A DNA stretch of 64,000 bases from Eledone cirrhosa (lineage: Eukaryota). The position numbers were made by a program, and so were the translations under genes. Each line of letters opens with the position of its first letter. The stretch's first letter is position 1. The notes below the pieces were generated by a model. It ran no database searches. It was not told the origin of the DNA and saw nothing but the letters and a program-made list of their open reading frames with translations. The stretch is from positions 27,404,001 to 27,468,000 of the forward strand of contig OZ024744.1 in the NCBI GenBank assembly GCA_964016885.1. The letters are read 5' to 3'. This document shows, piece after piece, positions 63,293 to 64,000 of the stretch.

Positions 63293-63755
63293 GATCCTGC
63301 AGGACAAAAACAAAACCTGTCAAAGGGCAAAGGAGCTCTTAAGAGTCAATAGCCATCCAAAATCACCGAGAGAGATGACCTCTTAGCCTTTGTCAAGGCA
63401 GAATTCTAGGAGAAGGAAAACTTTGATATAACACCTGCAACTCTGATGGTATCCAATGATGTTGACTTGTTCTTCTTTTTGGTAAATATCATCTTGGTTA
63501 AGAGAGTGGGACTGGCTTATAAAAGCTTCACGGCACAGGCATTGCTTTATATCTGGAGTTCTCACTGCACTTGTCGTCACATAGTACCATGGGCCCAGCA
63601 CTATGTGTCACTCATTGTCACAAGTGTAGTGTTTGTACCAGAGTTTTCAAGTCGCTGGCTGAACTAAAAAGTCACACTCGTTCAGCGCATCGGTAGGGGT
63701 TCTCCTACATGGATATAAAGTAGTGGCCGTACTCGAAAGCGAGTTGGCAGCCATC

Positions 63756-63758
<3 letters not shown>
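63293..63758 (+). mobile_element. Bipartite RTE-derived non-autonomous element (5' UTR fused to 3' terminus), followed by (TA)n
   Basis: RTE-type UTR motif tctaggagaaggaaaact; terminal C2H2 finger CSVCTRVFKSLAELKSHTRSAHR* at 63625-63696. Confidence 0.78.
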
Positions 63759-63808
<50 letters not shown>

Positions 63809-64000
63809 TGCTTTGGGAGGGTCATGTTGCCAATAATAAACACACGCACCAGTTGCTTTCACTTCAATTTATTATAAATTAAGTTAAATTTATATTTTTA
63901 AGAATTTATAAATTTCCGGTTGGTTAGTTGGTTCCACAACCAGACGATTGTTCGTATATTGTCAAAGTTCTTTCGTCACACATGCTGTGACCTCTTCAGT

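Overview
Repeat-dominated, AT-rich animal genomic DNA. The SINE and microsatellite repertoire resembles octopus/cephalopod sequence, but this is recalled and not verified. I find no host protein-coding gene, rRNA, true tRNA or CRISPR array. Retroelements: a cluster of Tx1-like (L1-clade, APE-RT-CCHC) non-LTR retrotransposons (four + strand copies at 1-21960 and one degraded - strand copy). One copy is nearly full length, with three point stops in ORF2. There are also two R4/Dong-like RLE fragments, a Neptune-type Penelope-like element with inverted pLTRs, RTE fragments, a bipartite RTE-derived non-autonomous family, and many tRNA-derived SINEs. Tandem arrays: a 7-mer (~3.5 kb), a 30-mer (~3.75 kb) and a 32-mer (~11.7 kb). 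Most notable: (1) the 32-bp satellite is the 3'-terminal stem-loop plus tail of a SINE, amplified ~360 times and still joined to the SINE remnant; (2) related Tx1 copies with a near-identical 3' end run directly into either (ATT)n or (TRTCTTC)n arrays; (3) a near-canonical minimal hammerhead ribozyme is present; (4) the PLE terminal repeat carries E2F/CCAAT modules. The long ORFs over tandem repeats are translation artefacts.
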